Source: an uncultured bacterium (GTDB lineage Bacteria > Electryoneota > Electryoneia > Electryoneales > Electryoneaceae). Taken from it: a stretch of 64,000 nucleotides of DNA. The stretch spans positions 129,832 through 193,831 of the forward strand of contig CAZIDZ010000003.1 in the NCBI GenBank assembly GCA_964538455.1. Reading direction: 5' to 3'. The position numbers and the translations under genes were made by a program. Positions 27,393 through 35,984 of this stretch are shown one piece after another (positions within the stretch are counted from its first letter, which is position 1; each line of letters opens with the position of its first letter). The notes under the pieces were generated by a model. That model had not been told where the DNA came from, ran no database searches, and saw only the letters and a list, made by a program, of their open reading frames with translations.

Positions 27393-29236
27393 ACGGATCT
27401 GACGGCATCCTTGAAAGAAACCTCGCTGTGTTGCGCAAACGCGGGCAGGGTGATCTGGCGAACGCCCTGGCCGCTTTGCCCGTCTCTGAAAGGGTACAGG
27501 CGTCTATCGCGCGCTCGGGCGATCCTACGTTGAAAGTCAACGGTCAAAACATTCACAGCCCCTACGATCCGAAACGGGAGGCGGCGGCGCTCGCGGAAAA
27601 ACTGCTCGGCGGCATCGATCCGGCGAAACCGGTTCTGTTCGTCGGGGGTGGCTGCGGCTACGTCCTGGAGCAGGGAAAAGACTGCCTGCAAAACACGCAG
27701 ATCGTCCTTGCCGAACCGGTTCCCGAGGTTCTCGCCGCGGCCATCCGTTCGCGTGATATGAGCGAAATCTTCTCCCTTGCCAACCTCGCTTTCGGCGATT
27801 CGATCCCCTCGCTTGCGGACAATATCCGCTCGCTGCTTGGGGACCGCGCCGAGCAGGCTCAGGTCGTCGTTCTTCCTTCGGCACGATCGTCGGCTCCCCG
27901 AGAGGTGGACGCCCTGCTGAGCGCGCTTTCCACGAAAACGGGAAACGCCGACCTCGGAAACCTGCGCATCCTGCTCGTTGGACCTGTGTACGGGGGCAGT
28001 CTTCCGGTCACCCGGTATGTGCACAGCGCGCTGAAAAAGCTCGGCCACACCGTCGAATGGCTCGATTTCTCTCCGCTTCATGAAAGCGTACGGTTTTTCG
28101 ACGGTATCACTCGGAAGCAGGAGCACCGCAAGGCGTTGCAGGGGCAGTACACCCACCTGATGGCTCAGACCGTCCTTGCGCGCGCTGAGCTCTTTCAGCC
28201 ACAGATCGTCTTTTTCATGGCGCAATCCCCCGGCGCTCCGAATGTCCTGGAGGAGCTGCGCAATGCGGGGATCCCGACCGCTTTCTGGTTCGTCGAGGAC
28301 GGCAAGCTCTTCGATTACGGCATGAAGATGGCTCCCTATTATGACGTTTTCTTCCACATCCAGGGGGCTTCCTTTACCGAACAATTGAAGCAGGCCGGAG
28401 CCCGCCATGTCCATTACCTCCCGCTCGCCGCCGACCCGGACGTTCACAAACCGCTGCAGCTGACCGATGACGAACAGGCCGAATACGGCAGCGACATCAG
28501 CCACGTCGGCGCCGGGTACCCCAACCGCCGCAGATTCTTCCCCTCGCTGCTCGACTTCAACTTCAAGCTCTGGGGCAGCGACTGGGAGCAGCCCGGTCCG
28601 TTGGGCAAGGTGCTGCAGCGCGGGGGCGAACGGATCTCCACCGAGGATACCGTGAAAATCTTCAACGCGTCGAAGGTGAACCTCAACCTGCACTCCTCGA
28701 CTTTCACCGACGGCGTGAACCCGGACGGCGATTTCGTCAATCCGAGAACCTTCGAATTGGCCGCCTGCGGAGCGTTCCAGCTCGTCGACGAACGCAGCCT
28801 GCTTCCTTCGCTGTTCAGCGTGGATAGCGAGATGGTCACGTTCCTCGGTGTCTGGGACTGTCGAGAGAAAATCGCCCATTACCTGGAGCACCCGGAAGAG
28901 GCGAAAGCGATCGCCGACGCCGCGAGGAACAGGGTGTTGCAGCAGCATACCTATGCCCATCGGATGCAGGAAGCGCTCTCGGTGATCGCGGCGGCCTGCC
29001 CCATCCCTGAAAACCGGGTGATGCGGAACACGGTGGCTTCGCTGGTCGCACAGGCGGGGAAAAACCGCGAACTCGCGGAAATCTTCGGACAGATGGGGCA
29101 GCCGGAGGACGAGTTGACGTTGTCGGAGATCGCGGATACGATCCGCCACGGACAGGGCAAAATGAATGAGAGCGAAGCGCTGCTGCTGCTGATGGATGAA
29201 TTCCACACGTGGGCGAAGGAAAAGGGAGTCGCATGA
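27389..29236 (+). CDS. Fusion protein: N-terminal Maf/DUF115-like (motility accessory factor-like) domain + C-terminal CgeB-like glycosyltransferase domain
   Basis: The N-terminus has KPVLFVGGGCGYVLEQ (DUF115-like Gly-rich loop). The C-terminus has RTFELAACGAFQLVDE...QQHTYAHRMQEAL. The GTG start overlaps the upstream stop. Confidence 0.6.
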   Translation: MNGSDGILERNLAVLRKRGQGDLANALAALPVSERVQASIARSGDPTLKVNGQNIHSPYDPKREAAALAEKLLGGIDPAKPVLFVGGGCGYVLEQGKDCLQNTQIVLAEPVPEVLAAAIRSRDMSEIFSLANLAFGDSIPSLADNIRSLLGDRAEQAQVVVLPSARSSAPREVDALLSALSTKTGNADLGNLRILLVGPVYGGSLPVTRYVHSALKKLGHTVEWLDFSPLHESVRFFDGITRKQEHRKALQGQYTHLMAQTVLARAELFQPQIVFFMAQSPGAPNVLEELRNAGIPTAFWFVEDGKLFDYGMKMAPYYDVFFHIQGASFTEQLKQAGARHVHYLPLAADPDVHKPLQLTDDEQAEYGSDISHVGAGYPNRRRFFPSLLDFNFKLWGSDWEQPGPLGKVLQRGGERISTEDTVKIFNASKVNLNLHSSTFTDGVNPDGDFVNPRTFELAACGAFQLVDERSLLPSLFSVDSEMVTFLGVWDCREKIAHYLEHPEEAKAIADAARNRVLQQHTYAHRMQEALSVIAAACPIPENRVMRNTVASLVAQAGKNRELAEIFGQMGQPEDELTLSEIADTIRHGQGKMNESEALLLLMDEFHTWAKEKGVA

Positions 29237-30810
29237 ACGTGCTCCTGATCAATCTGGCGCGCATCGGGGATCTCGTGCAGGTGTCGCCTGTTTCCCAGGG
29301 CCTCATGGATGAGCTGGGAGCGCGGGTGACGTTGCTCGCCCCGGAGAAGTACGCGGAGTTCGCGCGCCGACTGTCAGGAGTCGACGAAGTCATCGGCGTG
29401 GATGATTCAGACCTCAATCGTGAAGGTATCGTCCTGTCGTCGCTGATACACTCCGATCCGAAGCTGAGTCAGGCGATCGCAGACCTGCGAGCGCATTCCT
29501 TCGACCTCGCGATCAACCTTACCCACGATGAGCTCTCCACCGCGCTGGCGAGCGCGATCGGGGCGAAAGCTGTGCGCGGCCGTTTCGGACAACCCGGACA
29601 TATCCAGGTGAGGGGGGATGCCTTCCGCTATTTCTACACCGTGCTCGAGCATCGCATGATGAACGGCATCAACCTTTGCGACATCTACCGGATCGGCGCG
29701 GGAATCGCCAACGGCCGCCGTCCGGTCTCGATGGCGCCTGTGCCAGAGGATCGGCGGGCAATACGCGATCGAATCGGCGAAACATCAAGGCCCGTGATCC
29801 TGCTGCACCCCGGCGCAAACCATCCTCACCGCAGGTGGCCGGTGTCGAAGTACGGAGCGCTGGCGAAGATGCTGCACGCGGAGGGCGCGGAGGTGCTCGT
29901 GCTCGCCGGTCCGGCCGAGCGTGATCTCGCTGGCGCTGTCGTGCGTTTATCCAACGGTTCTGCGCGCGCGATGGATAAACCCGTACCTGTTGAACTGCTG
30001 CCCGCGCTGTTTGCGGAGGTAAACCTCGTCGTCACCAACGACACCGGTCCGCTCCACATCGCCGCGTCTGTCGGCACGCCAACCGTGTCGCTGTTCCTCG
30101 CCATGGCGCGCCCCCAGGACACAGGCCCCTGTTCGCCCGAACATCTGATCCTGGAGACGCTCGAAAGCTGTCATCCCTGCCCGGAGCACAGCGCATGCGA
30201 TTCTCCCGTGTGTGGTGATTCGATCCCGGTAGAGGTGGTGTTCGCCGCCGTCCGGGCGAGATTGTGCGAATCGTTTCCCGCTGAATACGTCTTCAAACCC
30301 TTCGGCGGACGCTTCCGGGCGCTCGTCACTCGCTGGGGCGCGAACGGGATGATCGAGCTCGAAGAAATCTACCGTTCCGTTCCCATACCGGATGGCTTCG
30401 ATGTCGGCTCCGCATGGAAACCGGTCTGGCTCTCGCTGTTCGCGGGGGATAGCCCTTCCGGGGAGGTGTTGAAACAGCTCCGGGGGACTTTCAGCATCTC
30501 GGAGCAGCGATCGATGCTCGCGGTGGTCACCCTCTGCCGGGGAATTCTCGCTCGTCTAAACGGGGAACCGCTGCAGGACGAACAAGGCAATCCGCTCAGC
30601 GTGGCCGTGCTCGAGGATTTCGCTCTTCAGGAGGAGCAGCGTTCGCAATCGGCGAAAACCCTGCTGCTGCCCTTCCGGTTGGAGCGCGAAGCGCTCTACG
30701 CCCGGGGGATCGATGCCGTGCGAAACGAAGCGGAGAGCCGCTTTTCCCGCTGGATCGGCACCCTCGCCGCGCTCAGCCCGGACGCTGTCCGGGAGGAGGT
30801 GGCGGCATGA
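29233..30810 (+). CDS. GT9-family heptosyltransferase-like protein with Cys4 cluster
   Basis: MNVLLINLARIGDLVQVSPV and TNDTGPLHIAASVGTPTVSLF are GT9 motifs. The Cys cluster is CHPCPEHSACDSPVC. The ATGA overlaps the upstream gene. Confidence 0.7.
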   Translation: MNVLLINLARIGDLVQVSPVSQGLMDELGARVTLLAPEKYAEFARRLSGVDEVIGVDDSDLNREGIVLSSLIHSDPKLSQAIADLRAHSFDLAINLTHDELSTALASAIGAKAVRGRFGQPGHIQVRGDAFRYFYTVLEHRMMNGINLCDIYRIGAGIANGRRPVSMAPVPEDRRAIRDRIGETSRPVILLHPGANHPHRRWPVSKYGALAKMLHAEGAEVLVLAGPAERDLAGAVVRLSNGSARAMDKPVPVELLPALFAEVNLVVTNDTGPLHIAASVGTPTVSLFLAMARPQDTGPCSPEHLILETLESCHPCPEHSACDSPVCGDSIPVEVVFAAVRARLCESFPAEYVFKPFGGRFRALVTRWGANGMIELEEIYRSVPIPDGFDVGSAWKPVWLSLFAGDSPSGEVLKQLRGTFSISEQRSMLAVVTLCRGILARLNGEPLQDEQGNPLSVAVLEDFALQEEQRSQSAKTLLLPFRLEREALYARGIDAVRNEAESRFSRWIGTLAALSPDAVREEVAA

Positions 30811-33761
30811 AGCGGCCCGTCGCGATCCTCAACATGACACGCATGGGCGACCTGTTGATGACCGGTCCGATGCTGCACCGTCTCCGCGAACAGTGGCCCG
30901 GGCACCCTCTCCACCTGATCGCGGTGGACGGATTTATGCCGATCGCGCAGGGAATGGACGTCGACAGGGTAATCTCACTCGATTACGACAGGTTGACCAC
31001 GCTGGCGGTGTCCGCGGGTGAAGCACGCCGCGTCAACCTGATCGACGCACTCGGCGAATTCCGTGACGTGATTCGCGAACTGCAATCCGTTGACTACGAG
31101 GCGATTTACAATGTCAGCCACACGCGGATCAGCGCGATCATTGCGACCCTGCTTAACGGCGAGGTTCGCGGGGGCCTGCACCTCGACAGCCAAGGGTTCA
31201 GGGTCATCGCGGGACGTTGGGCTCGCAACTGGTTCGCAGGGAATCTCAATCGCGGAGTGAACCCCTTCCACCTCGTCGACATGAACATCGGAATCGCCGG
31301 CGGCGGCGTCTTTCCGGCCGATCAACGGAAGCTTCATTACCACGTTCCCGGCGACGCGCGTGAGGAAGCCGCGTCCATCCTGGAATCCTTAGGGATCGGC
31401 GATCAAACTCCGTTCATCGTTGTCCAGGTGGGGGCCTCGACGGAGGATAAACGTTGGGAGCCGGAAAAATTCGGCCAGGCCGCGGCTCAGATTCTCAAGG
31501 CTGCCGGTGTGCGCCCGGTCTTCGTCGGCACGCACTCCGAACGCGAATGGGCCGGGACCGCCGCCCGGATCGTGGGCGGTGAGGCGGCCGTGCTAGCGGG
31601 GCAGACCACGCTTCCCGTGTTGGCGGCTGTGCTCGAGCGCAGTTCGCTGCTGGTCACCAACGATACGGGCACGATGCACCTCGCTCAGGCGGTGGGCACC
31701 CGCTCGCTCGACATTACCCTCGGCGCGGCGCTCTCGGACGAGACCGGCCCCTACGGAAGCGGAAGCGTGATCCTCGAACCCGACATTGCCTGCTTCCCCT
31801 GCGATTTCAACGCCGTTTGCCCGCATCACAACTGCCACGGCTTGATCACCCCGGATCTGGTCGCGAGCGTTGCCTGCGCCATGCTCGAAGGCCAGCCACT
31901 CGAGCAGGTGATCGGCCGCCTCGATACCCGCGGCGCCCACATCTGGGTAACCGGATTCGACGCCGATGGATGGTGGAGAAAGTATCCGCTCGCGGAAAAA
32001 ACGCTGCAAGCGAAGGACGTGATCCGTGAATGCTACCGGGAAATTCTGAAAGCGGATCTCGAGCCGGACCTGCGTCCAAACGGGGTCGATTCGCAGGCGG
32101 TGTTGCAGTCCCTGGGGTCATACGACTCGGCCAGTGCAGACAGTACTGCCGCGCTGCAGCCGGACACTGAACTTGGAACCGAACTGCTCGCTCTGATACG
32201 CAGGGCCGCCGGCTTGGCTGAACGCATCGTGCGAATTTCCCCGGACGAACCCGGGGCCGTGGAAAAGCTGGCTGATTACGGGCAGGAACTGGCGCAGCTC
32301 GACGAAAGCATTCTCCAGTCGTTCCTGCACAGCACGCTCTGGGCGCCCGTGTTGGCGCTGTTCCGCTTCGATCTCGAAAACCTGCCGGAAGACGGTCTTG
32401 AGGCACAGTCCCGGCGTACTCTCGAGTTGCACGAACGGCTTGAAACCCTTGTTCAGTCCCTGCTGAGCCTCCTCGCTGACGTGGCGCGGTCTGTCCCGTC
32501 GAACGGTTCACACGGACGGGGCCGCGACCGCGTAATTACGAAGACGGGAACAGCTCACGACAGCTACGACAGCTTCCGACGGCCGCGAATGCGCGGCGAG
32601 CGGCTGAACATCGTGCTCCCGACCAGCGGCTACTATTTGCAGCAGGAGATCGCGACGGCGTTGACACGACTCGGCCACCGCGTCCACCCGTTGCCGTTCG
32701 CCGGCAGGGAGGACGTCATCGAGCGGCTGTTGCTGCTCAGCCGCGACGCGGATCTGCTCGTCACCGTCAATCACCTCGGATTCGATCAGTTCGGCGAACT
32801 CGCGCATCTGCTGGATCGCATCGAACTGCCCTACATCTCCTGGTACGTTGACCGGCCCGCGTTCATCCTGCTCGATCACGCCATCGGTCCCGCGGAGAAC
32901 GCCCTGATCGCCACCTGGGAGCAGTCGACGATCGAGGAGATCCGGTCCTACGGATTCGAAAACGTGGTCTATCTGCCGCTGGCGACCGACGAAAAACGTT
33001 TTTCGCCCAAGACAGGCCAGTTTGACCCCGGTACGCCTCACTGGGTGGCGAATTCGATGGTTTTGCCGAGCCGCGAATGGCAGGAAAAAGCCTCCCTGTA
33101 CGACGGCGATCCCCTGCTCCAGAGAGCGGTTGCCTTGCAGCGGGCGGGGCGCCTTGAACCGGAGGCGGTGCTCGCGGCGGCGGCTTCGGCGGAAGGCGTT
33201 GAGCTTGACGACTGGGACAAACGCAGGAAATTGAACGCGGCGTCGGCGATTGCCCTGACCGCAACGCGCCAGTTGCGCCGCGATCTTGCCAGCGAAACTG
33301 CACCGCTGGGACTGCAGCTTCACGGGGATCAGGGGTGGGGCGAAATCGCACCCCGGGCGGCGCTCAACCCCCCGGTGGAATACCCCAGGGGCTTGGTCGA
33401 GGCCTATCGCAATTCGTTGCAGCTGAACGCCACCAGCTACCAGATGCCCACCGCCGTCAACCAGCGGGTGTTTGACGTTCCCGCGGCCGGCGGGGTGCTT
33501 GTCACCGATGCCCAGGAGGCGCTCGGCGAACTCTTCGATCATGAGACGGAATGTATTGTTTATACGGAACCTGGTGAAATCGCCGAGAGCATTCGTTGGG
33601 TGCGCAAAAACCCTCAGGATGCGCAGCGGCGGTCGATCCGGGCACGTCAGCGGATACTCAACGAACACACATACACGCACAGAATGCGAATGCTGCTTGA
33701 ACGGGCTCGCCTGCACGGAGTTCACGCTTCTGTGTCTACAGCGGGAGGAGCGGTACGATGA
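30807..33761 (+). CDS. Fusion protein: N-terminal GT9 heptosyltransferase-like domain (with Cys cluster) + C-terminal CgeB-like glycosyltransferase domain
   Basis: VAILNMTRMGDLLMTGPMLHRL and TNDTGTMHLAQAVGTRSL are GT9 motifs. The Cys cluster is CFPCDFNAVCPHHNC. The C-terminus has QRVFDVPAAGGVLVTD...NEHTYTHRMRMLLE. Confidence 0.7.
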   Translation: MKRPVAILNMTRMGDLLMTGPMLHRLREQWPGHPLHLIAVDGFMPIAQGMDVDRVISLDYDRLTTLAVSAGEARRVNLIDALGEFRDVIRELQSVDYEAIYNVSHTRISAIIATLLNGEVRGGLHLDSQGFRVIAGRWARNWFAGNLNRGVNPFHLVDMNIGIAGGGVFPADQRKLHYHVPGDAREEAASILESLGIGDQTPFIVVQVGASTEDKRWEPEKFGQAAAQILKAAGVRPVFVGTHSEREWAGTAARIVGGEAAVLAGQTTLPVLAAVLERSSLLVTNDTGTMHLAQAVGTRSLDITLGAALSDETGPYGSGSVILEPDIACFPCDFNAVCPHHNCHGLITPDLVASVACAMLEGQPLEQVIGRLDTRGAHIWVTGFDADGWWRKYPLAEKTLQAKDVIRECYREILKADLEPDLRPNGVDSQAVLQSLGSYDSASADSTAALQPDTELGTELLALIRRAAGLAERIVRISPDEPGAVEKLADYGQELAQLDESILQSFLHSTLWAPVLALFRFDLENLPEDGLEAQSRRTLELHERLETLVQSLLSLLADVARSVPSNGSHGRGRDRVITKTGTAHDSYDSFRRPRMRGERLNIVLPTSGYYLQQEIATALTRLGHRVHPLPFAGREDVIERLLLLSRDADLLVTVNHLGFDQFGELAHLLDRIELPYISWYVDRPAFILLDHAIGPAENALIATWEQSTIEEIRSYGFENVVYLPLATDEKRFSPKTGQFDPGTPHWVANSMVLPSREWQEKASLYDGDPLLQRAVALQRAGRLEPEAVLAAAASAEGVELDDWDKRRKLNAASAIALTATRQLRRDLASETAPLGLQLHGDQGWGEIAPRAALNPPVEYPRGLVEAYRNSLQLNATSYQMPTAVNQRVFDVPAAGGVLVTDAQEALGELFDHETECIVYTEPGEIAESIRWVRKNPQDAQRRSIRARQRILNEHTYTHRMRMLLERARLHGVHASVSTAGGAVR

Positions 33762-34366
33762 ATGTGATTGTGGATGGCAAACCGGTCGAGCTGCCTGCGG
33801 AGGGGCAGAAGACGATCGGCGACGTCGTCGGGTCCGTGTCCAAGGATCTGGACGCGAAACGGCGGATCATCAAGGTGGTCGTCGACGGCCAGGACATCAC
33901 CGGTCAGGCGGAGGCCCATCTGCAGAGCAGGAGCGGCGGCGAAAAGGTCGAGATCACGACGGGCCTGGCCAGCGAACTGGCGCTCGAAACTCTGGACGGG
34001 ATCCGGGATTTCCACGGTGCGCTCGAGTTGGAGTTGAACCGCACCGCGGACGAATTCCGGATGGGTAACAACCAGAAATCCAACGAGATGTTCGCCCGCT
34101 GCCTGGATGGATTGCAGATCCTGCTGCGCACAACGGTTTCCGTCGCCAACCTGCTGCAGGTCGACAGCGCCAAGGTGAAAGCGGGATCCGGCAACATGAA
34201 TGCGGTCACCGAAAACATCGCCCGCGTCCTCCAGGAGTTGATCGAGGCGCAGATCAATCGGGATGCGATTCTGATCGCCGATCTGATCGAGTACGAACTT
34301 AAACCTCTGTTGGACGATTGGCAGGACGCCCGAGAACAGCTCCGGCTGATCGGAAAGGCGGCCTGA
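33758..34366 (+). CDS. Hypothetical protein (beta-rich N-terminus + helical C-terminus), last-but-one gene before flagellin promoter
   Basis: The ATGA overlaps the upstream gene. I saw no known motif. Confidence 0.5.
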   Translation: MNVIVDGKPVELPAEGQKTIGDVVGSVSKDLDAKRRIIKVVVDGQDITGQAEAHLQSRSGGEKVEITTGLASELALETLDGIRDFHGALELELNRTADEFRMGNNQKSNEMFARCLDGLQILLRTTVSVANLLQVDSAKVKAGSGNMNAVTENIARVLQELIEAQINRDAILIADLIEYELKPLLDDWQDAREQLRLIGKAA

Positions 34367-34779
34367 TGCTGCGCGACGCCCCACAGGACAACGAGCAGAT
34401 TCTGAGGGAATTGCTTTCCGTCACGGAAGATACCGTGGCGGCGGCGAGGATCGATCACCGTTCAGCGCTGGATCCGCTGCTCGATCGACGCGGGAAGCTG
34501 CTCGCGGTGTTTTGGGGTTTCCCTCCCGATCAGCCGCTGCCGCTGTTCGACGACAGCAGGGTGGGGAGCACTCCGCCAAGCCTTTCAGGAAGCGAAAAAC
34601 GGCTGTTGAAACGCGTTATATCTTTGGATAACAAAGTCTTAAAGTATCTGAACGCCAACAGGGAACGGCTCTTGAACGAGTTTCATTCCCTGCGGCGTGG
34701 CGAACGGGCGATCTCCGGCCTTCGCGATCTCCTGCGAGATGGCAGAACGGGGGGAAAAAGGGTAGACATGAGAGGGTAA
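34366..34779 (+). CDS. Hypothetical helical protein (possible flagellin-associated chaperone/regulator)
   Basis: The TGATG overlaps the upstream gene. It is a 137-aa helical protein with no family recognised. Confidence 0.45.
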   Translation: MLRDAPQDNEQILRELLSVTEDTVAAARIDHRSALDPLLDRRGKLLAVFWGFPPDQPLPLFDDSRVGSTPPSLSGSEKRLLKRVISLDNKVLKYLNANRERLLNEFHSLRRGERAISGLRDLLRDGRTGGKRVDMRG

Positions 34780-34890
34780 GTACCTGTTCTTTCACAAGCT
34801 GCAGACGGACTTGCGAGAATCAACCAATGTCTTGGTTGCTGCGTGCTTTTAACGTTCGGGTTTTGTTGAAACGAACCTGAAAGTCTTGCT

Positions 34891-34917
34891 CAAGGTTTAC
34901 TCCTGGCCTGCCGATAG
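34891..34917 (+). promoter_or_regulatory. Sigma-28 (FliA) class III promoter for flagellin
   Basis: cAAgGTTT-N11-GCCGATAg compares with TAAAGTTT-N11-GCCGATAA. It is followed by the Shine-Dalgarno AAGGAGG 8 nt before the fliC ATG. Confidence 0.6.
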
Positions 34918-34967
34918 AGGGACTAGCAAGGGTTTCCTCTTCGGGACATAGTGCAAGGAGGTGCAGC

Positions 34968-35801
34968 ATGAGTACTCGCATCAACCACAACATCCTCGCA
35001 CTCACCGCCCAAAGGAATATCTACCGAACCCAGACAGATTTGGACCGCACTCTCACGCGGCTCTCCTCGGGTTTGCGGATCAACTATTCCTGGGACGACC
35101 CCGCGGGGTTGGCGGTGAGCGAGAGATTCCGTGCCCAAATCGCCTCAATGGTCGAAGCGGAACGGAACGCAAATTACGACGTCAACCTGCTGGCGACTGC
35201 AGAAGGGTCGTTGCAGACCATTGACAACACACTGACGCGTATGCGCGCGCTGGCGATCCAGGCGTCCAACGGCGCCCTGGCATCCCAGGATCGGGCTTCG
35301 CTGGACGAGGAATTCCAGCAGCTCGCTTCAGAGATCACGCGTATCGCGCACACAACCAATTACAACGGTCTTTACCTGCTGAGTGGGGACTATTCCACGG
35401 CTGGAATCAAGTTCCACATCGGCACGTACAACGTGAGTGGGCAGGATTACTACTACGTCACGTTGAACGACATGAGCGCCAGCGCGCTCGGGTTGACTGG
35501 CCTGAATCTGTTGAACACTGTCAGCGCCCAGAACTCGATCGCTTCGCTGGATGCGGCAATCAACACCAAGGATACTGAGCGGACACGCATCGGTTCGCAG
35601 GTTTCTCGTCTGCAGAACACGATCACGAACCTGCAAGTCGCCAAGGAAAATGCGTCTTCGTCCGAGTCGACCATCCGTGACGCGGATATCGCCGAAGAGA
35701 TGAGTGCTTTCGTGCGATCCCAGTTGCTGATGCAGACTGGCATCTCGATGCTTTCCCAGGCGAACATGGTGCCGCAAATCGTTGCGGGTTTGGTCGGGTA
35801 A
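34968..35801 (+). CDS. fliC: Flagellin
   Basis: The N-terminus MSTRINHNILALTAQRNIYRTQTDLDRTLTRLSSGLRINYSWDDPAGLAVSERF and the C-terminus AFVRSQLLMQTGISMLSQANMVPQIVAGLV are flagellin-like. At 277 aa the variable D2/D3 domain is minimal. Confidence 0.9.
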   Translation: MSTRINHNILALTAQRNIYRTQTDLDRTLTRLSSGLRINYSWDDPAGLAVSERFRAQIASMVEAERNANYDVNLLATAEGSLQTIDNTLTRMRALAIQASNGALASQDRASLDEEFQQLASEITRIAHTTNYNGLYLLSGDYSTAGIKFHIGTYNVSGQDYYYVTLNDMSASALGLTGLNLLNTVSAQNSIASLDAAINTKDTERTRIGSQVSRLQNTITNLQVAKENASSSESTIRDADIAEEMSAFVRSQLLMQTGISMLSQANMVPQIVAGLVG

Positions 35802-35863
35802 CCGCTCCCGGCCGAACGTCTCGATCCTGATCCGGTGATCAGGCGGGGCGAGTCGAAAAAAAC

Positions 35864-35918
35864 GACACCCATGGAAGGCGCAGGTTCAGGGTGAGTTGCG
35901 CCTCCATGGGTGTTTTCT
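35864..35918 (+). terminator. Rho-independent terminator after fliC
   Basis: GACACCCATGGAAGGCGCA...TGCGCCTCCATGGGTGT forms a long GC stem followed by TTTTCTGT. Confidence 0.6.
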
Positions 35919-35984
35919 GTGAGGCCATCCCGATCGTTGCAGGTCGCTGACCCCGTCATGCCACGTGCATCCGGCGGAGGAGTC

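Noticed and set aside
34920-34967. Possible CsrA binding sites (GGA motifs) in the fliC leader implying a FliW-CsrA circuit
   Set aside because: No csrA- or fliW-like ORF is recognisable in the window. The two upstream unknown ORFs lack CsrA (MLILTRK...) and FliW hallmarks. The GGA motifs are also just the Shine-Dalgarno. It is kept only as a note under the sigma-28 promoter finding.
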